DNA of 45,694 nucleotides from Candidatus Gottesmanbacteria bacterium (GTDB lineage: Bacteria > Patescibacteriota > Microgenomatia > UBA10105 > UBA927), in the NCBI GenBank assembly GCA_023245335.1, contig JAHFKK010000003.1, positions 1-45,694 on the forward strand, written 5' to 3'. Under the pieces are notes generated by a model. The model saw only the letters and a list, made by a program, of their open reading frames with translations. It searched no databases and had not been told where the DNA came from. This document shows positions 43,975 to 45,694 of the stretch, piece after piece. How positions within the stretch are numbered: position 1 is the first letter of the stretch; each line of letters begins with the position of its first letter. The translations under genes and the position numbers were made by a program.

Positions 43975-44430
43975 TTAAGCGAACATCAAAAACTGCTCCG
44001 TCATGTGCTCGATTTCTTCCTTGCTGGTGTTGGGCAGAATCTTTTGCATGATAACATTTAAAACCCGTTGGTATAGATCCTCAAATTGTTCCTGGGACAT
44101 TGCCGCAAAACTGATCGAGTCGGATTCTACCCGCACCGTGCCGTCCACCCGGATCTCAGTATGAAACGATCCCGCTAAAATTTGAAGATCGGCCCGGAAG
44201 CGGTCAAACGATTTCTCGGGCTTGCCGTACTTTGAGTTGATTTCTCCAGGCTCCCAAAGATCGAAAGCGATGGTAAGCAACGCGAAATACCGTCGATGAA
44301 AACCGCTATTGCGAGCCTTCTTGAAATCGGAATGTACCTCCTGCCCGATCTTGATTTTATCAGCCCACTCCTGGCTTTTCGGGTCGGACGGCACAAATCC
44401 GTTGAAAGTTTTGGTGAGGCAGATTTCCAT
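43975..44430 (-). CDS. DUF1367/NinB-like protein
   Basis: RNSGFHRRYFALL, SFDRFR..L.ILAG, SISFAAMSQEQFEDLY. Confidence 0.82.
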   Translation of the reverse strand: MEICLTKTFNGFVPSDPKSQEWADKIKIGQEVHSDFKKARNSGFHRRYFALLTIAFDLWEPGEINSKYGKPEKSFDRFRADLQILAGSFHTEIRVDGTVRVESDSISFAAMSQEQFEDLYQRVLNVIMQKILPNTSKEEIEHMTEQFLMFA

Positions 44431-45044
44431 TACTGGCGCATCCTATCGACCATGGCGAGCATTTCAGAAATGAACTCGTCAGCTCCCGCTTCCAGTTCGG
44501 CTATTTCTTTTTCATCGCGTGTCAGCCTGATAACCAAAAGCGGGTCTATGTCTTTAACGTATGGACAATACACAATGTAGTCGCAAAAAGAGCGCCCCGA
44601 GCGTTTAAGCCCCCAAAGAATTTGTTTTCTATATGCGGTCGGGATCTTGCCGGTGAGCTTGGATTCTACGTAAACGGAAGGTATCACTGTTTTGATTTCG
44701 ATCATTCCATCCGTTCCAACGATACCGTCTGGCGAGGCATGTTTATGGAGTCCATCTCGAAACATGGCGATCTGCTCTACTTCTACGTCATTTCGGAAAG
44801 CGTACAGGCTGCGGGCTTCGTCCTCGTACTTCAATCCATTTTCAGTGTGGATATTGTGAAAGCCGTCTTTTTTCTCGCCTGACAATATCTCCCCGGTCAT
44901 GTCATACAAAAGCTGCTTACGAACCTTTCCCTCACCTTTGGCGACGGCCTTTCCTATGGACGATCCACCGATAGAACCAATACGGGCCTGATGCCATTCA
45001 GGGCTGCCCTGCTCAAAGCTCGTTATGATTTGAGACATTTTCAT
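44430..45044 (-). CDS. YqaJ / lambda-exonuclease family recombination nuclease
   Basis: QGSPEWHQARIG, G..YEDEAR, ASPDG, IEIK, Q. Confidence 0.92.
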   Translation of the reverse strand: MKMSQIITSFEQGSPEWHQARIGSIGGSSIGKAVAKGEGKVRKQLLYDMTGEILSGEKKDGFHNIHTENGLKYEDEARSLYAFRNDVEVEQIAMFRDGLHKHASPDGIVGTDGMIEIKTVIPSVYVESKLTGKIPTAYRKQILWGLKRSGRSFCDYIVYCPYVKDIDPLLVIRLTRDEKEIAELEAGADEFISEMLAMVDRMRQ

Positions 45045-45694
45045 TCTCCAGGTTGACGTGGCAAGTTCTTCTTTTTGCCCAGCGCCTGAATCGCCTTACC
45101 ATAATGCTCCGCGAGAATCTTTTCGATAGATTCAGCACCCATGTATTCCAAAAATAAACTAAGGTTGGATTTTGTTTCCTTGATCATATCATGTATCTGA
45201 ATGGATTGATCCGTGGTAACGTAGGCCGGTTCTGCTCCGATGGATTTTCCGTCATCGTCATCATGAGTCGCCAGCCCGGTCAAGGCCAATAGTGTATAGC
45301 GTTCCAAATATGAGATCGTGGAACCAACGGCTTGGATCGAGTTCTTGCTTCCCGAATCGTCCGGCAACGCCGAAAGTGAAGTGCTCTCAGCATGCCCGAG
45401 CCGGTGAGTGATCGTACAGGTGACGGTGATAACCTTTTCCGCCTGAGATACCTTCCATGCTGCCGAAAGCCCGTGCTGGCTCATTGCCGAGTTGATTTTA
45501 TGGGTCACGTTTGCGAGCGAGGCGTGATCGTATTCCGTGACCCCCTTCGAGGTCTGGAATTTAACATGCCGGTCCTTTTCGATCTCGGGCGGGTTCGCCT
45601 TGAAGCCACTCATCGCGTCGTGATAGGCTTTGCGGGCCTCATTGGCCTCCCATCGCTCCTGCAAATCCATGGCCCGCGCCACTTTGTCGAGATC
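45041..45694 (-). CDS. erf: ERF family ssDNA-annealing protein (3' part; gene starts at 133 across the junction)
   Basis: VTCTITH..GHAEST, QAVGSTISYLERYTLLALTGLA..DDDG. Confidence 0.92.
   Translation of the reverse strand, partial: DLDKVARAMDLQERWEANEARKAYHDAMSGFKANPPEIEKDRHVKFQTSKGVTEYDHASLANVTHKINSAMSQHGLSAAWKVSQAEKVITVTCTITHRLGHAESTSLSALPDDSGSKNSIQAVGSTISYLERYTLLALTGLATHDDDDGKSIGAEPAYVTTDQSIQIHDMIKETKSNLSLFLEYMGAESIEKILAEHYGKAIQALGKKKNLPRQPGE
45670..45694. repeat. 25-bp terminal direct repeat (copy 2)
   Basis: Identical to 1-25. Confidence 0.97.

Noticed and set aside
1-45694. tRNA genes, CRISPR arrays, IS elements, alternative genetic code
   Set aside because: No cloverleaf, repeat-spacer array or transposase seen; genes are intact and tightly packed under the standard code

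Overview
This appears to be a complete, circularly assembled dsDNA bacteriophage genome of about 45.67 kb. Bases 45670-45694 repeat bases 1-25, and the ERF gene reads through that junction. Nearly all genes lie on the minus strand. Reading in the direction of transcription, the order is: a leaderless Cro-like regulator and early hypotheticals (5.6 kb to 0.15 kb); ERF and YqaJ recombination genes; a lambdoid-type replication initiator and loader with internal iterons; nin-like small genes; a Bordetella BPP-1-like podovirus head and tail module (terS, terL, portal, scaffold, capsid, tailspike, tail tubes A/B, internal virion proteins); and a lysis region. I found no integrase, CI-type repressor, DNA polymerase or reverse transcriptase. 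The most unusual part is 9.1-17.3 kb. It holds a translationally coupled four-gene cassette (glycosyltransferase, methyltransferase, radical SAM enzyme, UXS-like epimerase), then a small Asn-rich gene, then five consecutive tail-fibre-like or beta-helix genes that all carry Sec signal peptides. Several exposed virion proteins are strikingly rich in NN/NNN and N-X-S/T motifs. Together this suggests a phage-encoded virion glycosylation system plus an exported appendage module. Other points of interest are a type IV prepilin mimic, two hidden plus-strand units (a Met-Arg-Lys minigene sRNA and a small membrane protein), a uORF/attenuator switch before the replication genes, and a PLA2-like gene in the lysis region. 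All product calls come from motif recognition by eye; no database searches were run.
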